Shown here piece by piece: positions 1 to 13,014 of a stretch of 64,000 bases of DNA. Below the pieces are notes generated by a model. It did not search any database, was not told the DNA's origin, and saw only the letters and a program-made list of their open reading frames with translations. A program made the position numbers and the translations under genes. This DNA is from Azolla caroliniana (lineage: Eukaryota; Plantae; Polypodiophyta), in NCBI GenBank assembly GCA_043228905.1, contig JBHGNT010000003.1, forward strand, positions 3,348,001 through 3,412,000, written 5' to 3'. The number at the start of each line of letters is the position of its first letter. Positions within the stretch are counted from its first letter, which is position 1.

Positions 1-1643
1 CCACTTCAAGTGGATGGTGGATCTGGTAACTATGTCGATGGGGCTAGGGCAGATGCGGTATCTGGTGCTAGCTCGGGAGGACCTGACGAACCAGGTGGAA
101 GGTCGAGCGTTGCAAAACAAAATGACCGCGGCCGTATGCCGGTTTATAATCGAAGATGTGGTATGCCGGTACAGGTGCGTCGGTAAGATCGTGGCCGACC
201 ACGGGGAATTGGACGCGCAAGAGGCGGAAGAGTTGTTTGACCAGCTAGGGTTTAAACTCTCGCTCACCACAGCGTACAATCCTGAGGCTAACGGGAAGGT
301 GGAACGCGGACACGGGCCGATCATCAAAGCGTTAGTACGGGCGTGTGGAAGCCAAGTCGGGAATTGGTCACGGCTCTTACCCTATGCACTGTGGGTGGAC
401 CGGACTACGCACAGTTCGGTAACGGGGTTCATGCCGACGGAACTAATGTACGGGAAAAAGCCGATCATGCCGGTGGAACGGACGATTTCTTCTTGGGTTG
501 CGGTGGGCTGGAAGGACAAAATGAGCCAGGAAGAGTTGTTAGCGGAGCGGATCCGGCAACTTGAGTGGAGGCCGGAGGACAGAACGGGTGAAGGAGAAGC
601 TACGCATGGCAAGGGAACGAAACAAAACCCGGTTCGACCGGACGCACCGGCTACGACCGAAGAGGATCGAGGAAGGCGATTGGGTGCTAGTTTAGGACTG
701 CAGCCTCAACAACCAACACGAGGCGACCCGCAAATTTGCGAGGAGATGGTTCGGGCCCTACGCGGTGACGAGCACGAACGACAATGGCACGTACCATCTT
801 GCGAAGCTCGACGGGACACGATTGGTGATGCCGGTAGCCGGGAAGCGGATTAAAGCGTTCAAGAAGCGGTACGAAGACGAGCCGGAGCGGGGGAGCAATA
901 ACGACGACAATCGGTTCGGGGACGCCGATAGTCCGGAGGGCGACGAGTGAACGCGAGTCGGTTTTCTCCGGTATCTGTCCCTCTTCGGCGCATGCCGGTG
1001 GATGCGTGGTTTGGTGGGGGTGGATGTCGTGAAGAAAACAAGCCAGAAGCGGAATCGGCGAAGTAGGGCACATGAACCAGGCCTACACTTTTCCACACCA
1101 ATTGATACCTTGTAAATAACTAGGAGTAGGACAATGGAAGCAAAGAGACTAGATGTGACGCATTGAATATCTTGGAAATCAAAGAGTATCTCTATCTAAA
1201 AGGACAGAGAATAAATTGATGAAAACGAGGGTGCAACGGCCTGCCTCGAGGGCCTACAAAAGGGAAGGAAGAAGGCGGATGAAAATATGGCGTTTGAGGA
1301 GCGAGGACGGGTGTTGCCGGAGTGGGACTGAGCTCTCTCCTCCATCGTTCATCATTCTCTGCAGGATTTCGGACTGAGTTGCCTTTGCTTTGTGGACAGC
1401 CCGTGTGCTTCCAACAGAGGCTCCACAGTGCAGTCGGGGCTATGTGCGTGCATGAGCATCGTGTGTGTGTGTGTTCACCTGAGTTGGGTCCGTTGCCGGC
1501 TTGCCGGTTGTAATTGTTATTGATTTGTAATTAAGACTTTGTTCTCTTTCTCCCTCTGTGTTTCTACAAGCTGGTCTTTCTCTCTCTCTTCTTCTCACGC
1601 TCCTTGGTTCAAGGCCGCCGTGGTCCCGCCTCTTTCCACACGT
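1..1643 (+). mobile_element. Ty3/gypsy element A, 3' end (integrase core and GPY/F module, PPT, 3' LTR 1025-~1643); 5' part lies outside the window
   Basis: ORF 14-853 has rve motifs (IVADHGE, TTAYNPEANGKVERGH). The frameshifted tail encodes RRWFGPY..NGTYHLAKLDG. PPT-like GGTTTGGTGGGGG precedes TGTCGTGAAG at 1025. Both LTR ends resemble the solo LTR at 15786-16539. Confidence 0.85.
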
Positions 1644-2712
1644 TGTCGTGTGGTTTTTCACACACGATATGAAACCTACCAAAACAATTAATTAAGATTA
1701 GCTTAATGTATTCATATAGATAGATGTCTTCAAGAGTTTCATAGCGTATTTTACTACGCATGAAACGGATTAACAAGTATCAAGTTATGTGCGTATAAAG
1801 TTTGAAGAAGAAAGAAAAGACAAAACTGTGAGACAACATTGGAACCAAAGATATATAAGGGAAACCAAAACATATTCATTCTATCAATGTGTGGAGCATA
1901 GAATGTTCAAGGTGACTTGGGCTACACTGTGTGTTGTGCATGTTGCGTATGCATGGCCGTGTTGAAGCTTAGGGCGTACGCGTGCATGGACGATCGTGTG
2001 GACATTTTCGGGTGTGTGCGTGCATGGACGGCCGCGTGGACATTTCCGATGTACGCGCGCATGGACGTCTTTGGATGTACGCGCATGTGCAAGGTTCAGG
2101 TGTATGCGTGGACGTTTCAGACGGACGCATCTGTGCGAACGAGTGCGCGGACGCGTGTGTGCGCACGCATGCATGCGTGGATGCGTACACTACGGCGTGG
2201 TCAAGACTTTTGCGCGCGGATGCGTACACGGTGCGGGTTGGACGCGTGGATGCGTACACTACGCGGTTGGGACTTTTGCGCGCAGACGCGTCTATGGTTT
2301 GGTTGCGACGCACGTACGAATTGCGCACGGGCTAAACTTTATGGATGATTGTGTCATTTGGGTGAATTATACGGACAGTCCCATGCAACCAAAAGCCAAG
2401 GCCATGCAACTAAAAGAAAAAGGCATGCATCTAAAAATGGAAGCATGCATCTAAAAATGAAAGCATGCAACAAAAAATAGAGGCCATCCAACTAAAAGTG
2501 GGCTTGCAAAGTAACATTGGGGAGGAGGATCAACAAGGAGCTCGATATATGTCCCATTTTTTCCCTCCTAGTTTTTTTTTTTTTTTCTCTTCCTTCTTCT
2601 TCCCTCTGGGTTTCGAGAAACAAATGATCTCACATATTGATATCAAACTCCTAGCTTTGTTGAAAGGAGCTTTCTTGTCAAAAATTATCTCTCGTATTCA
2701 TATCGGACCACT
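1644..2712 (+). repeat. 5' LTR of B, truncated by a deletion that also removed the PBS and most of gag
   Basis: Near-identical to 17479-18628, then switches abruptly to gag C-terminal sequence (APTYKL/SDIEQ). Confidence 0.85.
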
Positions 2713-2721
2713 AAATCTAGG

Positions 2722-5619
2722 TTGCACACGAGTGGCGCCGACTTACAAGCTAGGTCGGACATAGAACAAACAACCAACTTGCAGAAGGTCCTTGAGGACA
2801 AGGTTTTAGACAGTCATGTCGACCTTACTTTGAGAGAGCTACTTGGGATCGCTAAGAAGGAGTTCCACAATACTATCGTGGACTTGATTAAGCGGAAGTG
2901 GCAACAATCGGATGAAGAAGAGGTGAAAACAAGTGCCATAACCATGGCAAGATCCGAAGAGGAGGAGGAAGAAGAAGTGATGGCAGACAGCCATTACTGT
3001 CGGCCTCATTGGGCAAGAGCGACAACGGAGATGCCGGTGAAGATCGGAGAGAAGAAGGAGACTGTCGTAGCCTTGATTGACCATGGTTCGGAGATCAACC
3101 TCATGTCGACTAAATTCTACAAGAAAGGAAGATGGCCGATCAACACAAACCACGGATGGAAGATACGAGCGGCAACGAAAGCCACGGAAGACTTGTACGG
3201 AGCTTGCCCCAATGTTAAAGTCACAATTGGAGATGTGGAGATGGATCAACACTTCGTGCAAGACTCGGCTTCACATCCCATCATCCTAGGACAACCATAT
3301 ATCACATCATCCCGGATGGAGACTAAGGTGTTCGATAATGGAGCGGCCTTCGCGCGAGTCAAGAGCCTTGACAATCAAAGATCTGTTCAATTCCTTACGG
3401 TGCGGGCTAATCACGAAAGGAACCGAGATAGCCTTGCGGGCGAATCCTCGGATTTTTAGATCAGACTATTGAAGCGTGGGGCACAAATAGTCCGAGCAAT
3501 CATAAGTCCCCACAAGGAAGCGAAATAAGTGGATCACAAGGAGAAGCAACATGTGTGACACCTAGTGGCGCATGTAAACTTACACTACTCAACAAGAAGG
3601 ACAAGCATTGGATACAAGACTTTGAGAAGATGCTGAAAGAAGAAAGCATAATCGAAGAAGAAGAATTTGTGTCTCATATTCTAGAGGAAGCCTCTTTTAA
3701 CGACACCATCGGCGAAATCGAGGAAGTCGTGGACTTGAGCTACCCTCACGATCAAAATGTGATTTCGGTTAACTCCGTCAACATGTACGCTATCATCGAG
3801 GCATCTTGATGGAGGAAGCTGAAGTCAACTTAAAATATAAAACAGTGGATAAGAAGATCAAGCCAGTTGTGGTTCCGCTACCGGAAGATAGCTGGCAGAA
3901 GATGAAAGAAGTTGCCAATGATCCGAGCTTAAGGGATCCAAAGGCAATAGGTCATGTCTTCACCAAAGAGACGAAAGGAAAGCTACAAGTTGGAAGGGAA
4001 GATTTCCTTCTCCCCGAAGAGGAGAGAATGTTCCGCAAAATGCTTGAGAGACATGGGAAAGCCTTTGTCTTCTCTCCACAAGAGATCGGATGTGCCGACC
4101 TGAAGATGATAGAGCCGATGGTGATTTTTACGGTGCCGCATGTACCTTGGAACCTCAAGCCGATACTGGTTCCAAGAGCTCACATTCCAAAGTTGATTGA
4201 GTTTCTAAAGGAAAAGGTTAGGATGGGACTTCTTGAGCCATCCAATGCTCCCTACTCTAATAGATGGTTTATGGTGCTGAAGAAGAATGGTTCCTTATGC
4301 TTTATACAAGATCTCCAACCCGTCAACAAGGTGACGATCCGAAATGCCGAAATTGGTCCAAGCGTGGATGAATTTGCCGAAGCCTTCGCGGGAAGATCGA
4401 TCTATTCCATTGGTGATCTCTACTCGGGTTATGATCAGTTTCAATTGGTTGTCGATAGCAGAGATATAACGACAATGAGGACGCCGATTGGGTTGGTAAG
4501 GATGTGCACCTTACCCCAAGGTGCAACAAATTCCGTAGCCCACATGGTGAATACCATGAACAAAGTGTTGAGGGATTGTATCCCTGATATCACAATGCCC
4601 TTCTTAGATGACATTCCAATCAAAGGATGCTTGATGGAATAGAAAGATGAATCGAAAGGTGAAGATGGTTGTCGAAGATTCGTCATCGATCATATAAAGG
4701 ATAGCGAGAAGGTGTTGCAAAAGCTTGAGGATGCGAATCTCACGCTTTCAGGAGAGAAGTCTGCATTCGGTCAACCAGAAATATCGGTAGTAGGACACTT
4801 ATGTGGGTCTTATGGCCGGAAGCCATCTCCATCAAAGGTGAACGCTATTCAAGAGATGAAAGAAGAATGTGTGTCTCAAACGGAGGTGCGTAGATTCTTG
4901 GGAGCATGTGCATTCTATCACATATGGATTCCACATTATGCCCATGTCGTTGAACCATTGTATGGACTATTAAAGGAAAGGAATAAGTTCGAATGGGAAG
5001 ATGAGCATACCTACGCGATTCGAAAGCTAAAGAAACTATTATTGGAAGCTCCAGCACTACGAAAAGCCGACTACACCGAAGGTACCCCGATATATGTGAC
5101 GGTGGATACGAGCCCAACCAGAATTGGATGGGTGATAAACCAAGAAGACAAAGAAAAGAATCGGTATGCAATCTGATTCAGTGCGAAGGTGTTATCCGAA
5201 AGACAAAGGAAGTATGCCCAAGTAAAGAGAGAGCTATGGGGAATAGTATCCGCGGTTAAAACCGATCGTGACTACCTTATCGGAACATAGGTCATAATCA
5301 AAACCGACTGTCTACCTATTCTCGGAATGATATCAAGTTGTGCTACACCGGATATTGCTATGTTGCGATGGATTGCCTATATCAAGTCCCTCAACCCCGA
5401 GATTCGGCATATAAATGGAAAGCATAATGTGGTGGCTGATATGTTGTCAAGGGCGAGGTATGAGGGTGAAGAAGATTTGCACTCCAACGAAGAGGATGTT
5501 GGCCTAAACTTCTTTACGGTTTCTTGTGCTCGGGTGCTAGCAGTGTTTAAAGTAGAAGATTATGAGGGTGAATTCATCGAAATTGACAAGTACTTAAACT
5601 CTCTTACAAAGGATGAATC
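2722..5619 (+). pseudogene. B gag C-terminus, aspartic protease, RT and RNase H (frameshifts and stops)
   Basis: LIDHGSEINLM protease motif; RT DLYSGYDQ, LPQGATNS, FLDD; RNase H VTVDTSP, KRELWG, NVVADMLSR. Confidence 0.9.
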
Positions 5620-7357
5620 TGATAAGAATGTGCTCCCCTAAGCTATGCTCAGCCACAACCGAGACGTCGGATCAACCACAGAAAATAGGGATGTGGAGAG
5701 ATGTATCTACACACGAAACAGTAAAGAAGAGAGTGCATTGGATGTTAACGTGGAAAACCCAAATATGGGAAAAACCACGACAGCCCTCAGACTGCAAAAT
5801 ATCACTATATCAAGATTACAACAATGGGGCACAGAGGCAATGACCTCTTGCTCACTCGCTTCTCCACCAGGCGGTTACAAGAGAGGGAGCAACCTCTTCC
5901 TCTCTTGTCCTCTCTCTCTCTCTCTCTCTCTATACACAGTTACACTCAGAATTATCACCACAACGATAATCACACAACCAACTCTACATCATCACTATTA
6001 AGTTTGCCCTAGGTCATATTTATACTAATATGACTTTCAGGCTATTTACAAATATAGCCCCAATGGGCTCTCTTGAACATATTTACATATATGTCCCTTC
6101 CATCCGATGAGAGGTTCTCACCGGGTCTTCCTTGCCGGGTACTCCACATCCGGTTCTACTCAATTCCCATCCGGAGGGACCTGTTTCCTAACAAACTCCC
6201 CCTTCGCTCCGGCATGGGATGTCTTACTAGTCCGATCCGCTTTCGACATGCATCCAGCTTGTCGGGTATCAGTACTTTGGTCAGCATATCTGACCCGTTC
6301 TTGGCCGTGTGGATCTTCGTTAGCGCGAACTCTCAATCTTCTACCCGCTCCCGGATCCAGTGAGACCTACGTTGGATGTGCTTCATCCTGGAATGGTACG
6401 CTGCGTTCTTAGTAAGGTGGATGGCACTTTGACTGTCAGAATAGAGCCGGTATTCATCTTTCCGGATACCGAGCTCTCCGATGAAGTCCTTCATCCATAA
6501 TATTTCCTTGCCGGCTTCAACAGCCGCCATATACTCCGCCTCCGTGGTTGACAACACAATCGTCTTCTACAGCCTCGACTGCCATGAAACAGCTCCCCCT
6601 GCATATGTCATTACATACCCGGATGTAGACCGGTTGGTATCCACATCAGCCGACATATCCGAATCAGTAAAGCCGTCAAGTTGAGGTTTACCGGAGCCGA
6701 ATCGGAGACACATATTCGAAATGCCCTTCAAGTACCGGAGTATCCATTTGACCGCGTTCCAGTGCTCCTTGCCGGGATTGCTCATAAACCGGCTCACCAC
6801 TCCGACTGCATATCCAATATCTGGTCGAGTGCACACCATTGCGTACATTAAGCTCCCGACGGCAGAGGCGTATGGAACCTTCATCATCTCCGCCTTCTCT
6901 GCTTTTGTCTTCGGGCTTTGCTTACCGGATAATCTGTAGTTTGCCGAGAGTGTCGATCCGACCGGTTTCGCTTCTAACATGTTGAACCGTTGAAGCACCT
7001 TTGTCACATATTTCTCCTATGACAACCACAATTGCTTCTTTGACCGGTCCCGGATGATGTGCATCCCCAGTATCTGTCTTGCCGGGCCCAAGTCTTTCAT
7101 TGTGAAGGTTCGATTGAGAGCCTTCTTCAGCATCCGTATTTTTTCTTGGTCCCGTCCGACGATCAACATGTCGTCCACGTACAGAAGGAGTATCAGGAAG
7201 TCGCCTCCTTCGAACTTCTTCACAAACACGCAGTGATCGGCCTACGTCTTGTGGTACCCTTGATCGGTTATGAAGGAGTCGAACTTCTGGTACCATTGTC
7301 GGGGAGCCTGCTTCAATTCGTACAGGCTCTTCTTCAACCGGCAAACCAGGTGCTCCT

Positions 7358-10300
7358 TGTCAAGAATAGTACTAAAGCAGAGATGGAATTAGTACTAAGA
7401 AGAATAGTACTATTAGTACTAAGAGGACGGGACTGCGTAAGATTCCCGAGAGAGAGGAAGTGAGAAGAGGAGAGAGAGAGATAGGATGATGACAGCAGCT
7501 CTTATATTATATGAAAGATAAGTACAAATCGACTAAGAGGCTTAAGACTGGTGTTGAACCAATTTGGTTCAAAACAATGCCTTGTGCCTCCTTTTATAGT
7601 GTTTTTAGGAATAATCCTGAAGCTTCTAGAATGTTCCAGAGAGATCTGGAATATACATCAATTTTCTATGATAAAGCATAAATAAAAATAATATCCTACA
7701 AATTACAATTCATAGTCTAATGGTAAGAGCTCGACCCATGTAGCATAAGGTCATGGGTTTGAGTCTTGCCATATCATGACACTATCTCCCCCTTAAAGAC
7801 GACGAGTGGAACGAGTCGGCGCTAATTGCGGACCGGGTTTGTCCGGATACTTTCGTTGGAAATCAGCAAGAAGATCCTGTGCATTGGCAACATGCTCGAC
7901 GGGTTCCCAAGTATGTTCGCTCGGACTATAACCGAGCCAATCGACCAAGTAATAAAGTTTGTTGCGAACAAGTTTGGAATCGAGGATGGCAACAACTTCA
8001 TACTCCGGGCCGGCGTCCAACTCCAATGGGGGCGGCGGTGGTGTCACACGATCGGGAATGGTGTTTGCTTTATAAGGTTCAAGAAGAGAACAATGGAAAA
8101 CCGGATGTATCTGAAGCTGCGGAGGGAGATCAAGGCGGAAGGTGAGATCATTAATCTTACCCGTAATACGGAAGGGACCGAGTCGTCGATAATCCAACTT
8201 GTCACACGGTCGAGTAGTCTTGATGTGATGACGTAAGAGCCATACTCGATCTCCGATGGAAAAAGAGGAGGGAATCCGATGACGATCCACATAAGTCTTC
8301 TGTGTGTGTTGAGCATGACGAAGGTGAGTAGAGAGATCCATCTGGATCTTGCGTAGCCTCTCCAAATGATCCTCGGCACGAGGGTTGGTAGGTAGCTCCA
8401 GAGTGTCGATCACCGACCAGCGAGGATGGAAACCGGTATAAGCGAAAAATGGGGAGACCCGAGTCGAGGAGTGAATAGCATTATTATACGCAAACTCCGC
8501 AAAGTGGAGAATCTCCGCCCAATCGTCTTGTTGATAACTCAGGAAACACCAGAGATATTGCTCCAACGTTTGGTTTGTTCGTTCCGCCTACCCGTCGGTC
8601 TGAGGATGGTAGCCGGAGGAGAGGTTGCAGGAGACCTTGAGCATCTTGAAGAGATGCTGCCAAAATTTGGAGACAAATTGCGGGCCTCGGTCACTGATAA
8701 TACTGTTTGGGAGGCCATGATGCCGAAATACCTCACGCATAACAAGAGCGGCGGTTTCCTCGCTAGTGATGGCTTTAGTACACGGCACAAAATGTGCCAT
8801 CTTTGTGTATCGATCGACGACGGTTAGGATAGCATCGAACCCCTTCGAGACCGGCAGATCTGTGATAAAATCAAGACAAATAGACTGCCACGGCTTACTT
8901 GGAATCGGTAAGGGTTCCAACAAGCCATATGGATGGTGTCGTGGCATCTTTGCTCGGCAACAAGCGTCACAGGTCCAAACGTAGTCGTCGACAAAACGGC
9001 GCATGTGGGGCCACCAAAAAGATCGTTGCACTAGCTCCAACGTCTTAGTACTACCGAAATGTCCCGCCGTATGCGTGTCATGACAATGTTGGACGATTTG
9101 AAGGCGACATGAGCAATCGGGGACATATACGCGCTTTTTAAAGAATAACAAACCATCATGATATTCGAATTGTCAGTAGTCAATACCTAGTTGTTGAGAC
9201 GAGAACAGGATGCCCGAGAAGTATCAATGTGCGCTAGGATGTCTTGAGCAAAACTATCCGTCTTCAAGGTTGCACGTATGTCATCGGTAATCCGTGAATC
9301 CATCGGGGTGTGAAAAATCCGCGTCGTGTGCAATCGTGTTGGTCCCAAGATTACTTGCTTTTGATTATCAAATGTTGCGTCACCCGGACGAGGTGCAAGA
9401 TATGAACGCCGTGATAGTGCATCTGCTTTTCCTTGATGCTTCCCCGGTCGATATGTGATTTTGAAGTCGAAACGCGTGAGGAATTGTGCCCACCGAGCTT
9501 GCCGTCGATTTAGTACGGGAGTGTTCTAAAAATAAGCTAGATTTTTATGATCGCTAAAGACAATGACCTGATGTGGAGAGCCCTCTAAGAAATGCCACCA
9601 TTGTACAAATGAATCCACGATGGCTAATAACTCCTTGTCATGTATTTCGTAGTTGATTTCTGCGACATCAAATTTGCGCGAATGGAAAGCCACCAGATGC
9701 AACTCTTCTGTATCGCCTCGTTGAGAAAGGATGCTACCGAGGGCGAAATCTGATGCGTCGGCCTCCATGATGAATGGTTTGCTTGTATCCACATGAGCTA
9801 GAATCAGTGCTGATGTAAAGGCTTTCTTAAGATGCCGAAAAGCCATATCTGCTTCTATGGACCAAAGAAATGCTTGGCCCTTCTTCGTAAGTTGTGTGAG
9901 AGGTAAAATAATCTTCGAGTAATCCTGTATAAACTTACGGTAGAAGTTAGCAAAACCTAGAAAACATTGTACATCTCGTACCGACCGTGGAATTTGCCAC
10001 TCTAGTACAGTTTGGATTTTAGCTGGATCCATGGCGATGCCCTTTGAGGAGATGACATAGCCTAGAAATTCCACTTGCTTGCAGTCAAAGCTACATTTTT
10101 CTAGCTTGGCATAAAGACCATTCTCGCGGAGTCGCTTTAGTACTAATAGTACATGAGAATCGTGCTCTTCCTGGGTCTTCGAATAAATCAATAGATCATC
10201 CAGATAAATGATCAAACAAATATCCAAGAGGTCTCTGAATATATCATTTGCCATGTGTTGGAAGACTGCGGGTGCATTGGTTAGTCCAAACGGCATAACA

Positions 10301-13014
10301 ATATACTCGAAATGCCCATACCGCGTGCGAAAGGCGGTGTTCCACTCATCTCCCGGTCGGATCCGCACGAGGTTATACGCTCCTTGTAGGTCGATTTTAG
10401 TAAAAAACTTGGCACCATTAACTCACTCTAAAAGACTTGATATAAGAGGAAGTGCATACCTATTCCGGATGGTGACTTTATTCAATCCGCGGTAATCAAC
10501 GACAAGACGAAGTGAGCCATCTTTCTTCTTGACAAAGAAGATGGGTGCACCGGCCGGAGATTTCGAATGGCGGATGAACCCACTTGCCAAGTTCTCCTCT
10601 ATGTAGGCTCGAAGGACTTCTAACTCGGTGGGTGACAAGTTGTAAATTGGTCCCCATGGTGGCTCGGTTCTTGGTTGTAAATCGATGGGACAGTCATAGG
10701 GACGGTGATGAGGAAGGGTACCGGCTTTTACCTTGTCAAATACATCGGCATAAGGATGATATTTTGCTGGAAGTTGTACTGAGGAGTCCTTCTTAATAGT
10801 GCTGGAAGGATGTACTGATATTGCAAATAGGAACATTGCCTCCTTCGGTCCTTCTTTGCGTAGTTGATGGAGTGAAATGGTCGAAACTTGGTGAGTTGAT
10901 TCTTGGGGTGGTCGATATCGGACTTCTCTTGTTCTCCAATCTATGGCTGGATTATGTAATTCAAACCAAGGTAATCCTAGGACAATGGGATGCTCTGGAC
11001 TACTAATTATATTAAATGATATTACACACACAAAACTACCTATGACAACCTGAATGGGTTCTGATTCTTCTACAATATTCCCGGAAGCAATGGGACGACC
11101 ATCAGTGACTACTATAGATGCGGGACAAGGAAGTTTTCTTAAGGATATCTTAGAAGCTTGGGCAAAATTTCGATCCATGAAACAGGAATTAGCTCCGGAA
11201 TCTAAAAGTGCTAGAACGGGTACTGGGGGAGTACTTTTAGTACTAACAATGACTTGGGCTAGGAACACATTGCTAATTTGCTTGGAAGGAATGGAACCAC
11301 TAATGGGTTGTACAGATCTAGGGTTGTTGTCCAACCAAACGGCTCCTATTTTGGCTGGACTCAATCGTTTAACTCTTCATCTAATTGACTAAGGATTTCA
11401 AATTTATTTGAGATACTTGGGCTATTAGTACTATGAATACTATCAAACACTCTATTAGTACTATTAATACTATCAAACACTCCTAAGGGAAGAATTGACT
11501 CGGGTTTAGTACAGGCTACAATTTGATTTACCTGTCTTCTTAGCCTATGGAGACAATTGATTGCGATATGCCCTGGTCCACCGCAATAAAAACATAATCG
11601 ATTTGCACGTTGTCATTGCTTTTCTTCTTCCGATAACGGGCCACGTCGACGCATGGTATCGATCTCCATCAGTGTCGAAGTATTTGCTTGAGGTATGTCT
11701 CGTGCAAACGGTCTAGCCGCGACTGCGGCGTAAGTGGGCTCCGGCCTAGCGCGTGGTATCTGTAATTGACGTTCCGAACGTCGTTCGAAAAGGCGGTTGT
11801 CACATCGGACCGCTCAACTAATTGCCTTTGTAAGAGACTTTGGTTCTTCGGGGAAGGTTAGAAGTAGATCTTTGACATCATTTCGCAGGCCATAGCGAAA
11901 CTGCTCCATTAGTGCTTGATCATACCAGGGTATGTCGGAAGCGAGTAGGCGGAAATCCGCCACGTAGGCAGAGGCTGGACGATCGCCTTGACGCAATCGC
12001 CGGATCTTGTTGATCGTCGTCCTGATGCTGTCGGTGTCTCCAAAGCAGGCTTTGAACTCACTAATAAAATCTTCAAAGTTATTAAGCAAGGGCGATTGTT
12101 TTTCTAGAAGCGGAGCGAACCATGCTAAGGCTGAGCCGCTAAGCAATGTGCTTATTAAGCCGACTCGGGATGCATCAGTGGGGTATCAGGAAGGATGCAT
12201 TTCGAGGACTAATCGTACCTGATTAAGGAATCCCCTGAATTGGGATCGCGTTCCATCAAATTTCACAGGAAGTCCAATCTTCGGCTCTTTATGAAATCCT
12301 TGGGGACTTGATCCTTGTTGTTGCAATGCCACTTCGAGTTGTTGCACCCGTAACGCTAACTCCCCATGTTGTTGCTGCGTTTGTTGCTTTTCTAGAGCGA
12401 TTTGTTGCAGATCCCCTATCAACCGTTGGTTTTCTTGTTCTAGGGCAACAAACTTTTCTTTTAGGCACTGTAACTCGGAGAAAACATATTGATATTCTTG
12501 GGCGCTAACAGTAGCCATCGTAGAGGGAAAAGGGTAGGAGGATGAGGGAGAACGACAAGTAGGCTGGAGGAAAGAAAAATTGGTTCAAACTGTCAGGAAT
12601 AGTACTAAAGCAGAGATGGAATTAGTACTAAGAAGAACAGTATTATTAGCACTAAGAGGATGGGACTGCATAAGATTCCCGAGAGAGAGGAAGTGAGAAG
12701 AGGAGAGAGAGAGATAGGATGATGACAGCAGCTCTTATATTATATGAAAGATAAGTACAAATCGACTAAGAGGCTTAAGACTGGTGTTGAACCAATTTGG
12801 TTCAAAACAATGCCTTGTGCCTCCTTTTATAGTGTTTTTAGGAATAATCCTGAAGCTTCTAGAATGTTCCAGAGAGATCTGGAATATACATCAATTTTCT
12901 ATGATAAAGCATAAATAAAAATAATATTCTACAAATTACAATTCATAGTCTAATGGTAAGAGCTCGACCCATGTAGCATAAGGTCATGGGTTCAAGTCTT
13001 GCCATATCATGACA
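7358..13014 (-). mobile_element. Full-length Ty3/gypsy chromovirus D (Tcn1/Tf1-like), inserted in C RT
   Basis: 424-bp LTRs 7358-7781 and 12591-13014, about 9 differences by eye, all transitions. TSD CTCCT. gag 12518-~11550 with CCHC knuckle CFYCGGPGHIAINC. PR LLDSGA, RT YLDD, RNase H DASD, integrase H2C2+rve. Chromodomain EYEVVAILDSK..YLVDWLGY..TWEP. PPT 7782-7797. Confidence 0.95.
7793..12518 (-). pseudogene. D gag-pol with C-terminal chromodomain (several frameshifts and stops)
   Basis: ORF pieces 12186-12518, 11814-12146, 10423-11364, 9526-10368, 8588-9151 and 7793-8566 follow the canonical gag-PR-RT-RH-IN-CHD order. Confidence 0.9.

Noticed and set aside
1884-2454. Multiple overlapping 100-200 aa ORFs (also 17732-18392)
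   Set aside because: They arise from the stop-poor GC-rich tandem array inside the B LTRs.
5645-6001. Conserved ~118-aa ORF repeated at 14799-15158
   Set aside because: Antisense reading of the two C LTRs; the similarity reflects LTR identity only.
7705-7781. Functional tRNA gene in the D LTRs
   Set aside because: A and B boxes are present, but no convincing acceptor, anticodon or T stem. Reported only as a promoter-like module.
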